From contig OY970166.1 of assembly GCA_963706595.1 (NCBI GenBank), forward strand, positions 1-64,000: DNA of 64,000 bases. The letters run 5' to 3'. The translations under genes were made by a program, and so were the position numbers. The notes below the pieces were generated by a model, which was not told where the DNA came from, ran no database searches, and saw only the letters and a list, made by a program, of their open reading frames with translations. The DNA comes from an uncultured cyanobacterium. GTDB taxonomy: Bacteria > Cyanobacteriota > Cyanobacteriia > Cyanobacteriales > Nostocaceae. This document shows positions 32,243 through 41,263 of this stretch, piece by piece. Each line of letters starts with the position of its first letter. Positions within the stretch are counted from its first letter, which is position 1.

Positions 32243-32433
32243 GGTCTATCATAGACATTAAAGCCTGCCCGTGAACTGCGGGAAAGTAAACGCCCAAGAC
32301 TTGAATCAACGGTTCACGGAAACAACACTCGGCCTGTTTTGGCAAACAGGGTGTGCCTGAGAACCCAATTAATTGGGATATACGAGGCAAAATCTTTGTA
32401 GAATCTCACTATCCCTAGTAGTGGGAGTATCAA
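32243..32433 (+). ncRNA. Candidate stand-alone TnpB omega/reRNA scaffold ending in an IS200/IS605 right end
   Basis: Several hairpins, a pseudoknot-capable CCGTGAAC/GTTCACGG pair, and terminus TGTAGAATC-N19-GAGTATCAA, which parallels TGTAGAATC-N19-GAGTGTCAA at the right end of the tnpB element in this window. Confidence 0.68.
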
Positions 32434-32487
32434 AAGGTAATCAATGAAAGTAGTAGGCTGTATCTGGAAGCATTTCGGTAGCTAAAG

Positions 32488-33873
32488 ATGACCACCGGGT
32501 ACATCCTTATCGCAGCAATGTTAATTTTGGGGGGCGTAATTGCCACCGTGGGCGATCGCATTGGCACACGAGTTGGCAAAGCACGCCTCTCACTGTTTAA
32601 CCTTCGTCCTAAAAAAACGGCTGTATTGGTAACTATCTTTACAGGTGGATTGATCTCGGCATCAACATTAGGAATTTTATTTGCTGCTGATGAAGGATTG
32701 CGGCAAGGGGTATTTGAGTTAGAAGATATTCAAAAAGACCTGAGAAACAAGCGGGAACAGCTAAAAATTGCGGAAACTGAGAAAAGTCAGGTAGAAACTG
32801 AATTAAGTACAGCTATTCGTGAACAAAGTAAAGCACAGCAAGACTTGCAGGTAATTAATAAGTCCTTACAAGCAGCTAACGCTAAACAACAAGCAACAGA
32901 AACTCAACTTCAACGGACTCAAAAGCAATTAGGTGAAATAGTAAATCAGTATCAACAAGCCTTAACTGAACTGCAAAGCGTTTACAATCAAAGAGAGACA
33001 TTGCAGGGGGCGATTGAAGAACTGAGGGCAGAACGACAACGACTTTTTGCGGAAGCGAAAACAGCTATTAACCAACGCGATCGCAAAATTGCCCAACTGG
33101 ATAGAGTGATCAAAAAACGCAATCAAGAAATTGCGGCGCGAGAGCAAGTGATAGCGACAAGGGAATCTCGCCTCAAAGAATTGGAAAGACAACAGAATTA
33201 TTTAGAAGCAGAAGTCGCAAGGCTGGAAAAATATTATCAGTCATACCGTGACCTCCGTTTAGGTAAGCTGGCATTGGTTCGCAATCAAGTTCTGGCTGCG
33301 AACGTGGTTCGCGTTAATCAAGCCAGTGCAGCTCGTGAAGCAGTCACACAACTTTTGCAAGCAGCTAACCAGAATGCCAATATATATTTAACTGAACCAG
33401 GAGAAAATCCGACAAATAAAGATTTGCTCCCTATTACCCAGAAAAGAGTAGAGCAAATCAGCCAGCAGATTAAAGATGGTCGAGAGTACGTTGTGCGAAT
33501 CTTCTCTGCTGGTAATTACGTTAGGGGAGAAAACCAGATCGAATTTTTTGCAGATGCAGCCCGAAATCAACTGGTTTTTTCAAAAGGTGAGGTACTGGCG
33601 ACAACTACTGCTGATCCCAGAACTATGACATCTTATCAGCTATCGCAAAGACTCGATTTGCTGATTTCTGCTTCGGAATTTCGGGCGCGGAATGCCGGAA
33701 TTGTCGAGGGTGTGTTAAGAGAAGGGACTCATTTACGCTTTTTCTTACAACTAAGACAGTATAATCAACCGTTAGAAATCAAAGCGATCGCCAGTGAAGA
33801 TACATATACAGCAGGACCTTTAAGAATAAAGCTATTGGCAATTTTCAACGGGGTAGTTATTTTTAACACCTAA
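32488..33873 (+). CDS. DUF3084 coiled-coil membrane-anchored protein
   Basis: LGGVIATVGDRIGTRVGKARLSLFNLRPK, then a long coiled coil. Usual neighbour of ntcA. Confidence 0.85.
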   Translation: MTTGYILIAAMLILGGVIATVGDRIGTRVGKARLSLFNLRPKKTAVLVTIFTGGLISASTLGILFAADEGLRQGVFELEDIQKDLRNKREQLKIAETEKSQVETELSTAIREQSKAQQDLQVINKSLQAANAKQQATETQLQRTQKQLGEIVNQYQQALTELQSVYNQRETLQGAIEELRAERQRLFAEAKTAINQRDRKIAQLDRVIKKRNQEIAAREQVIATRESRLKELERQQNYLEAEVARLEKYYQSYRDLRLGKLALVRNQVLAANVVRVNQASAAREAVTQLLQAANQNANIYLTEPGENPTNKDLLPITQKRVEQISQQIKDGREYVVRIFSAGNYVRGENQIEFFADAARNQLVFSKGEVLATTTADPRTMTSYQLSQRLDLLISASEFRARNAGIVEGVLREGTHLRFFLQLRQYNQPLEIKAIASEDTYTAGPLRIKLLAIFNGVVIFNT

Positions 33874-33923
33874 AACTATAAAATAATTCAAAAATGTATT
33901 CATAGAATTAAAGTGTATTTTTT

Positions 33924-34367
33924 ATGACTTTTAGTGAATTTTCACCAACCCAACCAGTGATTTTGGGCTTCGACCCCGGTAAAGATAAATGTGGTCTAGC
34001 AGTTATGGGACTAGATAGGCAATTGTACTACCACCAAGTTGTGACGGCACAAAAGGCGATCGCCACCATTGAGACATTACGTCAACAGTTTCCTGTTTCC
34101 TTACTGGTCATGGGTAATCAAACCACCTCGAAACAGTGGAAACAGCAACTGAGTGAGGTCTTAGTAGAGCAACTAAGTATCATTTTAGTAGATGAGCGCT
34201 ACAGCACCTTAGAAGCACGCGATCGCTATTGGCAGATGTATCCACCCAAAGGGCTAACGAAACTCTTGCCACAGGGCATGAGACAGCCACCGAGACCCAT
34301 AGATGACATAGTTGCTCTCCTCTTAATTGAAAGATATTTAAATCGCCTGACTACGAGTGTTGACTGA
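33924..34367 (+). CDS. YqgF/RuvX-like RNase H-fold nuclease
   Basis: ILGFDPGKDKCGLA, VDERYSTLEAR, DDIVALLL. Confidence 0.85.
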   Translation: MTFSEFSPTQPVILGFDPGKDKCGLAVMGLDRQLYYHQVVTAQKAIATIETLRQQFPVSLLVMGNQTTSKQWKQQLSEVLVEQLSIILVDERYSTLEARDRYWQMYPPKGLTKLLPQGMRQPPRPIDDIVALLLIERYLNRLTTSVD

Positions 34368-34375
34368 TAACTGAT

Positions 34376-34639
34376 CTAAAGTTCAGCCCTAATAGTAAAA
34401 GCATAATCTCCTCCAGGCTCTAACTGATAATCCTGTTGTTCCAAGAAGCGACCAAGGGGTTCTTTAATCAAGGCGCGACCTTGGGAAGGCTTCACAGACA
34501 GTTCTCCTCGGCGAAAATGCCATTGGAAATGCCACTCGAAGGAACCCGCACTTACTTCACCCTCAAGAAAGCCGAGTTGCCACGATTGACGGATAATTCT
34601 GACATGGGCGGTAGTTTCTGGAAGACGTTTGGCACTCAC
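34376..34639 (-). CDS. DUF3146 family small protein
   Basis: LPETTAHVRI..WQLGFLEGEV..VKPSQGRALIKEPLGRFLE..LEPGGDY. Start taken at GTG 34639. Confidence 0.8.
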   Translation of the reverse strand: MSAKRLPETTAHVRIIRQSWQLGFLEGEVSAGSFEWHFQWHFRRGELSVKPSQGRALIKEPLGRFLEQQDYQLEPGGDYAFTIRAEL

Positions 34640-34726
34640 AATGCTTTGTGTCACGTGTGGGATAACAGCCAAATAAATAGGCTACTTCTTTTATTTACCA
34701 AACTTATCTAAAATATACAAATTGAC

Positions 34727-35374
34727 ATGGACAAGACCGTAGCTGACCTTCGCAAAGATTACACCTTAGAAGGTTTGAGTGAAACCGAGATTCACCCTAA
34801 TCCGTTTATTCAATTTAAAAAATGGTTTGAGCAAGCACTAGCAGCCCAACTTCCTGAACCTAATGCCATGACTCTGGCTACTGCTACACCAGATGGTCAG
34901 CCTTCAGCAAGAATGGTATTACTGAAAGATTTCGATGAACGAGGCTTTGTTTTGTTCACCAACTACAACAGTCATAAAGGACAAGAACTAGCAGCAAATC
35001 CCCAAGCAGCTTTAGTTTTTTGGTGGGCAGAATTAGAACGCCAAGTCAGAATTGTGGGAACAGTTGAGAAAATTTCTTCAGAACAGTCTGATAGTTATTT
35101 CGAGATGCGTCCGCCCAATAGTCGCTTGGGTGCGTGGGCTTCTAATCAAAGTGAAGTAATTGTTGGGAGGGAAATTTTAGAACGACAATTGCAAGAATTC
35201 CAGCGCCAATATGAAAATCAGGAAGTTCCTCGTCCACCTCATTGGGGAGGCTACAGAGTTATCCCCAGAGAAATTGAGTTTTGGCAAGGTCGCTCCAGTC
35301 GTCTGCATGACCGCTTGTTATATACTCATTTGGATAACAATGGCATTTGGAAAATTGAGCGCTTGTCGCCTTGA
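34727..35374 (+). CDS. pdxH: Pyridoxine/pyridoxamine 5'-phosphate oxidase
   Basis: [42 protein letters not shown]. Confidence 0.96.
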   Translation: MDKTVADLRKDYTLEGLSETEIHPNPFIQFKKWFEQALAAQLPEPNAMTLATATPDGQPSARMVLLKDFDERGFVLFTNYNSHKGQELAANPQAALVFWWAELERQVRIVGTVEKISSEQSDSYFEMRPPNSRLGAWASNQSEVIVGREILERQLQEFQRQYENQEVPRPPHWGGYRVIPREIEFWQGRSSRLHDRLLYTHLDNNGIWKIERLSP

Positions 35375-35515
35375 TATCATGTCCGTTTAATTCGTTACGA
35401 TTACCACAATCATGTCACGCCACCCCCAACCCCTCCCCGCAAGCGAGGAGGGGAGATAAAGCAAAGCTTTGGCAGAGGTTTTCGCGTTTTGTAAGTATTC
35501 AACCGGACTTGATAT
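35374..35515. mobile_element. MITE-like element (same ends as 2410-2538) carrying a C-rich palindrome
   Basis: ATATCATGTCCG and CGGACTTGATAT ends. Internal CCCCAACCCCTCCCCGCAAGCGAGGAGGGG. Confidence 0.65.
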
Positions 35516-35555
35516 GAAGACTGAGGCAATTAATTTGGAATTTGCAATTTTAAAA

Positions 35556-35635
35556 GTAGGGTGTGTTGTCGCGTAGCGCAACGCACCATCCTAAATTATC
35601 GGTGCGTTAGGACTAACGTCCATAACACACCCTAC
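35556..35635. repeat. REPIN-like double palindrome (family of 8011-8085)
   Basis: GTAGGGTGTGTT...AACGCACC...GGTGCGTTA...TAACACACCCTAC. Confidence 0.8.
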
Positions 35636-35657
35636 CTTTTCACCCCTGCTTCCCTGC

Positions 35658-36557
35658 TTACTCCGTGGCTACTTTGGGATCAGGTGCAAACTGAACCCTG
35701 GGATCTGGCATAAAGGTATATCTCAGGTAAATTCCGCCCCAGATGAAGAGGATAATTAACAAACCACCAATACCCAGGGGACTAGGTAGCCAAAATACTA
35801 CTTCTATGTGGTTGAGTTCACCGGGTTTGAGCTGCCATACTAATTGCTGTCCTTTCTTTTGCGGCTGGATCGCAGTTTCAGTTTGTTGAATATTTTTGGC
35901 TCCCCAAGGGGTTTTTAAGCTAAATTCTAGGTCGAGAATTGACCCCGTATCAGATAACACGTTACCTCTGCTGGCAATTAAGGAGAGCGATCGCAAGTCT
36001 AAATCATAAATTAATCGATTCCTCACTAACAGCACAAAATTGTTCTGATTGATGAGTAAATTAGATTCAATTTTCGGTAGTTCTGACGCAGATGCTTTCT
36101 GCAAAGCCTCAGATTTTTGATTAGTCCGAGAGTTGAAAAAATCATTAAATTTCTCTTGCAACTCTTGACCATTACTGAAGGGAATTTTCACAATAATTTC
36201 TTCTGGAGAAATCCGTTGTGTTTTACCTCCTAGTTGACGGGTGCGCCGTTCTATGCTGTGTAACCATTCATATACATAATCACCACTAAAACTGGTGAGT
36301 CGTTCTCCCAATTTAATATGCTGTACTATTTCGCCATTATTGGCATTATTGAAGGTAACACCGGCATCGTACTTGACACAACCAGTTAGCAGCAGTGACG
36401 ATAACAGAACTAGCCACAAAATAGGATTTTTGAGCGGAAAGATCCGACGAATGAGATTCCGACCAATCAGCTTGATCAATAATGCCATTTTGATCAACAC
36501 AAAACTTAATGCTCTGATGAATCTCACTAAAATCTTTCTGAAAATAGAATAATTCAT
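35658..36557 (-). CDS. DUF3153 family putative lipoprotein/membrane protein
   Basis: Lipobox-like LLTGCV, LVWQLKPGELNHIEVVFWLPSPLGIG, C-terminal TM. Confidence 0.8.
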   Translation of the reverse strand: MNYSIFRKILVRFIRALSFVLIKMALLIKLIGRNLIRRIFPLKNPILWLVLLSSLLLTGCVKYDAGVTFNNANNGEIVQHIKLGERLTSFSGDYVYEWLHSIERRTRQLGGKTQRISPEEIIVKIPFSNGQELQEKFNDFFNSRTNQKSEALQKASASELPKIESNLLINQNNFVLLVRNRLIYDLDLRSLSLIASRGNVLSDTGSILDLEFSLKTPWGAKNIQQTETAIQPQKKGQQLVWQLKPGELNHIEVVFWLPSPLGIGGLLIILFIWGGIYLRYTFMPDPRVQFAPDPKVATE

Positions 36558-36782
36558 ATATAGGAACCACCAAGGACGTTAAGACATAAACGGATAATCA
36601 AACTTAGACACCAAAAGAGTTTTAACCCACTCCCCAGAAGAAGCAGGGGAGCAGGGCGCACCGGAGTAAGGGGGAGTAAGAAATTATTTTAAACTTCCGG
36701 TTACTTAACAAGCATTCTTCTTCTCCCCTGCCCCCTGCCCCTTTTCCTCTTCTCCCTACTCCCCAGCTATATCTCCCAAAAA

Positions 36783-37301
36783 CTAAAAACTCAACCAAGC
36801 CAAGTACGAGAGTGTTAACACAATAACAATTAGTGCTACCCCAATAAAGCGATTATCTTGGGTATTCACTTGGCTAAGGTCTTCTAATTCTGGTTCAGCA
36901 GGTGCTTGACGAGAAGCTTTTGCGTAATTTCCAGATGCCCGAATTTTGGCATCATTATCAGACAATGTGCCTAAATCTGGGATTTCCGTCATCCACTCAC
37001 TGGGGCGTTGGAGTTTCGGGGCTTTTAAAATATAAAGTAAATCCTTTGCTTGTTTACTCGTTTCTGGAAAAGGATGGCGTTGGAGTTGTTGACAAAGGGC
37101 GATCGCTTCTTCTGTGCGCCCGGCTGCTTCATAAGCTGTTACCAGCCAAATTTCAACTTCACCTCCAAGGCGAGAATTTCGAGATAACAAGGCGCTGGCT
37201 TTTTCCAGATTTTCCACAGCTTCTCGATATTTCCCATTTTCAAAGTTAAGTTTTCCAGCCTGATAACGACTTCTGGCAATTTCTAAACTTTCTGTACTCA
37301 C
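36783..37301 (-). CDS. TPR-containing protein with C-terminal TM anchor
   Basis: YQAGKLNFENGKYREAVENLEKA TPR pattern and hydrophobic C-terminus. Confidence 0.82.
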   Translation of the reverse strand: MSTESLEIARSRYQAGKLNFENGKYREAVENLEKASALLSRNSRLGGEVEIWLVTAYEAAGRTEEAIALCQQLQRHPFPETSKQAKDLLYILKAPKLQRPSEWMTEIPDLGTLSDNDAKIRASGNYAKASRQAPAEPELEDLSQVNTQDNRFIGVALIVIVLTLSYLAWLSF

Positions 37302-37435
37302 GTTTTACACACCAATCAGCACTACTTTTAATTTGTCGATGTCAGCAATTTTCTGAGAATTTTATGAACATCTGACACAATGGAAGTTAATCAACTTAAA
37401 ATTTTAACCAAGTAGCTGCGGCTTTTAGGTATCAA

Positions 37436-37960
37436 ATGCAGGTGAGCAAAAATATGCTAAAAATCAAGCATTTACCACTGAATTGGCTGGGAATGGGAAT
37501 AATTTGCGCTGTAATCAGCGCTACAATTACTCCAGTCGCTGCCCAGAACCTCATCATCATTAATAACTCTGTGAGGATTAATCAGTCGCCTGCTGTTGGT
37601 TCTTTTATTTATGGTAGTCCGATTCCTACCCCCATGCCTGTAAATCCAGCGACAGGGTTAGTTCCCAGGTGTAGCAGGAATCGCGAATATTGCTCCTATC
37701 CCGTTTTCAGGCAGAATGTGAACAGTAATTTTGGGTTAATTAATCCCACACTAATTAATCCTGTAATTCGTGACTCCACCCTAGTCAATCCAGTGATTTT
37801 CAATAATTCACGGCAAACTACACCATTGAGAAGGCGATCGCCAGTGAAGATGAATCGGCATCGTGTCAGATCCACAGGGCGATCTGCTGGTAGCGGTGCT
37901 TCGCGATCGCCCTTAATTTTGAACTATCCCAGGTCAAACTCAGAATACTCACCGTTTTAA
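37436..37960 (+). CDS. Hypothetical exported protein with (L/I)xNP repeats
   Basis: Signal-like N-terminus, [20 protein letters not shown], Arg/Ser-rich tail. Start uncertain. Confidence 0.6.
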   Translation: MQVSKNMLKIKHLPLNWLGMGIICAVISATITPVAAQNLIIINNSVRINQSPAVGSFIYGSPIPTPMPVNPATGLVPRCSRNREYCSYPVFRQNVNSNFGLINPTLINPVIRDSTLVNPVIFNNSRQTTPLRRRSPVKMNRHRVRSTGRSAGSGASRSPLILNYPRSNSEYSPF

Positions 37961-38847
37961 GTGAACTGAGAACCAAGGATCATCGTGCCAATACCACCAT
38001 CAGTAAATACCTCTAGTAATAGAGCGTGGGGAATACGACCATCAATGATATGTGCTGCACTTACGCCTTGAGCAAGCGATCGCACACAACAATTCACTTT
38101 TGGAATCATCCCACCGCTAACGATACCATTGGTAATCAGTTCACGGGCTTGGCGAATATCTACTTTCGGAATCAAGCTAGATGGATCTTTGTAATCTTTG
38201 AGAATACCTGGTGTGTCAGTCAGTAAAATTAACTTTTCCGCACCCAAGGCTGCCGCAATTTCCCCAGCCACAGTATCAGCGTTAATATTGTAAGCTTGTC
38301 CCTTCTCGTCTGTGGCTACACTAGACACCACAGGAATATAGCCATTACTAGAGAGAGTTTCCAAAATTTTGATATTTACACCACTGACTTCCCCCACAAA
38401 CCCGATACCTTCTTGATCCTGGGGACGGGCTGTAATCAAATTACCATCCTTACCACACAGTCCCACCGCCAAGCCCCCAGCCCGGCTAATCAGGGAAACA
38501 ATTTCTTTATTAACTCGACCCACCAAAACCATCTCCACTACATCCATAGTGGGCGCATCGGTGACACGCAGACCATTTTTAAATTGTGCTTCAATACCCA
38601 GTTTAGTTAACCAACTATTAATTTCCGGTCCACCACCATGTACCAGAATGGGACGTAAGCCAACGCAGGATAAAAAGACAATATCCCGCATTACTTTGTC
38701 TTTCAGGGTGCTGTCTTTCATGGCTGCACCACCATATTTGACAACAACAGTCCGACCCACAAATTGTTGAATGTAAGGTAGGGCTTCGCTGAGTACACGG
38801 ACACGAGTAGCTTCCGTTTCCCTGATATATTCCGAATCGTTATCCAT
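37957..38847 (-). CDS. argB: Acetylglutamate kinase
   Basis: [36 protein letters not shown]. Confidence 0.97.
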   Translation of the reverse strand: MDNDSEYIRETEATRVRVLSEALPYIQQFVGRTVVVKYGGAAMKDSTLKDKVMRDIVFLSCVGLRPILVHGGGPEINSWLTKLGIEAQFKNGLRVTDAPTMDVVEMVLVGRVNKEIVSLISRAGGLAVGLCGKDGNLITARPQDQEGIGFVGEVSGVNIKILETLSSNGYIPVVSSVATDEKGQAYNINADTVAGEIAAALGAEKLILLTDTPGILKDYKDPSSLIPKVDIRQARELITNGIVSGGMIPKVNCCVRSLAQGVSAAHIIDGRIPHALLLEVFTDGGIGTMILGSQFT

Positions 38848-39072
38848 CACGAGGAGCTATTGAGATTTAAAACTTATTTAGTCAGTTTAGAAGAATTTGG
38901 AACCTGCAACAATCTTTCCGAATTCCTGGTTCTTCTCTGGGGCTTCCTTTGCTGCGAGGACAGTTTTCCATTACAGCATTATCAAAGTTTCCGGCTCCCT
39001 CTCCTTAGTAAGGAGAGGGTTGGGGTGAGGTTTTCTAGGGATTTATACAAAATCCAGATGCTCCCAATCCCA

Positions 39073-39909
39073 TCAACCGCCGCCCATATTCATCGCCGCT
39101 AACATTGCTTGCTGACTTACCTGTTTATAAACAGTATCTAAATATTTCGTCACCACATCACCAGCCGTGGAACTTACGGTACTTTCTTCAGTTTTGGCTA
39201 AAGGAATCGCCCCCAATAAATCTAATACCGTTTCGCTACCCGACGGCGCAATCACAACTAAGGAAGACTCTAGCGGTTCATGATATTGCCAAAAATCATT
39301 AAGGTTAACAGAGGTTTGGGGTTGAGTCGTCGGCTGTTTAACATCAGATGTTTCAGGTCCTGTCACTTCCACCTTAGCACCGCGTAATTGACGTAAATCA
39401 CTGATAATTTGCTCTTTGGTGCGGCCGCGTAATTGAAACAGCACAAACGGATCTTCACTGAAGCGATCGCCTAACTGATAGTATACAGCACCAATGTGTT
39501 TACAAGGATTTGCTTTATCAGGACAAGAGCATTTACTGTGAACATCAGACAATGTAAACGGAAACAAAGACAAACCATTGGACGTAAACACTTCCTCAAT
39601 ATTTTGCGGCATTTCCCCAGCTAACAGCTTCGCGGCAAAAATTGCTCTTTGGGACATAGTTTCAATTACATAACCCCATTCTTCCTCACTAAAATTGTCA
39701 ATAGAAAGAGAAACCTTATAAGGATCAGGTTCACTACCTTGGACTCTAGCTAAAACCTTTGCCCCTTTAAACTCAATATTTAAAACATTACCCTGACGAG
39801 AATAATTTCTCGCCCGTTCTAAACGCTTTTTAAACCGATAAGAATCGAGTAACTCCAGCCACTTTTGTGACCACCATTCTCTACTTGCTTGTAAAGTATC
39901 GTTATTCAT
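39073..39909 (-). CDS. SWIM zinc finger protein
   Basis: RLERARNY, CSCPDKANPCKH (CxC...CxH), DPFVLFQLRG. Confidence 0.9.
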   Translation of the reverse strand: MNNDTLQASREWWSQKWLELLDSYRFKKRLERARNYSRQGNVLNIEFKGAKVLARVQGSEPDPYKVSLSIDNFSEEEWGYVIETMSQRAIFAAKLLAGEMPQNIEEVFTSNGLSLFPFTLSDVHSKCSCPDKANPCKHIGAVYYQLGDRFSEDPFVLFQLRGRTKEQIISDLRQLRGAKVEVTGPETSDVKQPTTQPQTSVNLNDFWQYHEPLESSLVVIAPSGSETVLDLLGAIPLAKTEESTVSSTAGDVVTKYLDTVYKQVSQQAMLAAMNMGGG

Positions 39910-39966
39910 AAATAAATGCAAAACTTTGGCTCAGGTATACAAGCAAAATCCTAGTAATAAAAGGCT

Positions 39967-40048
39967 TATAGCCTTTACTAATCACATAAGGTACATCATA
40001 GCCCCCTCCTCGCTTGCGGGGAGGGGGTTGGGGGTGGGGTTCTTGTAC
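39967..40048 (+). repeat. Dispersed repeat copy 1, flanking the Rpn gene
   Basis: TATAGCCTTTACTAATCACATAAGGTACATCATAGCCCCCTCCTCGCTTGCGGGGAGGGGGTTGGGGGTGGGGTTCTTGTAC. Direct copy at 41041-41249. Confidence 0.8.
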
Positions 40049-40984
40049 CTAAAAATATACATTATTTGATAACCAATTTCGCAAATCTTCCGCAGTATTT
40101 AAATCAAATATTGCCTCTCCTAAAGCCTCAATAACTTCTATATTTAGACTCCTAATTTCAGTGTCTAATTCACTATCAATTTGTCCAATTTTTTTATTAA
40201 TTTGACGGAGAATTAAATTTTTTTCTCTTTCAATACCTCTTTCAATACCTGTCTCAATTCCCTCTTCCATCCAACTGGTGACAATTTGCATAACTTCCTC
40301 CTTCTCTTCCTTGATTAATGTACCTATTTCTGCTTGAAATTTCTCTTCTTCTATTTTATTCAATCTCAAATACGTGTCAATGAACCCTGATATCAATTGC
40401 ATTTTAGCTGGATTTAATTTTAAGGTAACTAATAACCTTAAACATTCTGCTTTGACTTTTGGCCTATCTTCTGGTGCTATATTCATTTTTGACATCAAAG
40501 CCGATGCAACTGGATTTGGACGAATTAAAAAGTCCCGCCAGTTAAGTTGATTCAGTTGCACTACTTGATAATTAAATTTTAGCACTTCAAAATCAGGAAA
40601 GTTGATTTGATAGTTATTCACGGCTACGGTTTTGGGTGAGTCGTAGGAAAATATAACTATCGGATATATTGGCAAATCCAATTTTTCATCTAATCTCGCA
40701 AAATAACGGAACATTCTTTGATTAAATTTCGGTCTTGCACCTGATTCGGCTTCAATATGAATCACAAAGTAAGAAGGTTGACCGAGAAATTTAACTTTAA
40801 CTATTAGGTCAGTTTCATATTTGTCGCCTGCGGTGACATCCGTAAATATTTCTTTGTCTAAAAATGTAATCGATGTGGTGTCTATATATTCGATAACTTG
40901 AGGAAAGAATAATTCTAGAAACTCTACGAAAAAATTTGATATTAGTTCTTTGAATAAGCGGTCATGGTCTATCTTGTTTGTCAT
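40049..40984 (-). CDS. Rpn/YhgA-like PD-(D/E)XK nuclease with DUF4351-type C-terminus
   Basis: DHDRLFKELI..FF.EFL.LFFP, TDL..., IHIEAES, RMFRYF, GIExGIExGIE repeats, LGEAIFDL...DLRNWL. AT-rich. Confidence 0.85.
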   Translation of the reverse strand: MTNKIDHDRLFKELISNFFVEFLELFFPQVIEYIDTTSITFLDKEIFTDVTAGDKYETDLIVKVKFLGQPSYFVIHIEAESGARPKFNQRMFRYFARLDEKLDLPIYPIVIFSYDSPKTVAVNNYQINFPDFEVLKFNYQVVQLNQLNWRDFLIRPNPVASALMSKMNIAPEDRPKVKAECLRLLVTLKLNPAKMQLISGFIDTYLRLNKIEEEKFQAEIGTLIKEEKEEVMQIVTSWMEEGIETGIERGIEREKNLILRQINKKIGQIDSELDTEIRSLNIEVIEALGEAIFDLNTAEDLRNWLSNNVYF

Positions 40985-41040
40985 CTTGTTATCTTAGTAA
41001 AGAAAATTGAAAAAAAGCTTTAATTGCGCTCCTATTTTCA

Positions 41041-41249
41041 TATAGCTTTTCCTAATCATATAGCCATCCTATTTGATTTATGAATTTATCGAACCGCCTT
41101 CGCGCAGCGTATGCCCCCAGGGCTTTAGTCGCCAAGGTCGCCAAGTGAAGAAGTAAAGAGGTTTAGAAATGATTTAGGACGGATATATAAGCTATATCAT
41201 AACCCCCTCCTCGCTGGCGGGGAGGGGGTTGGGGGTGGGCTTCTTATAC
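41041..41249 (+). repeat. Dispersed repeat copy 2, interrupted by a nested element
   Basis: TATAGCTTTTCCTAATCATA-[insert]-TATAAGCTATATCATAACCCCCTCCTCGCTGGCGGGGAGGGGGTTGGGGGTGGGCTTCTTATAC. Confidence 0.8.
41061..41185. mobile_element. Nested MITE-like insertion with TA duplication
   Basis: Imperfect TIRs TAGCCATCCTATTTGATTT and AAATGATTTAGGACGGATA, TA on both sides, absent from repeat copy 1. Confidence 0.7.
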
Positions 41250-41263
41250 TATTTTATTGTTCT

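Noticed and set aside
32208..32390. 60-aa minus-strand ORF over the structured element
   Set aside because: No RBS or motif. The base-pairing pattern and IS right end on the plus strand explain the sequence better.
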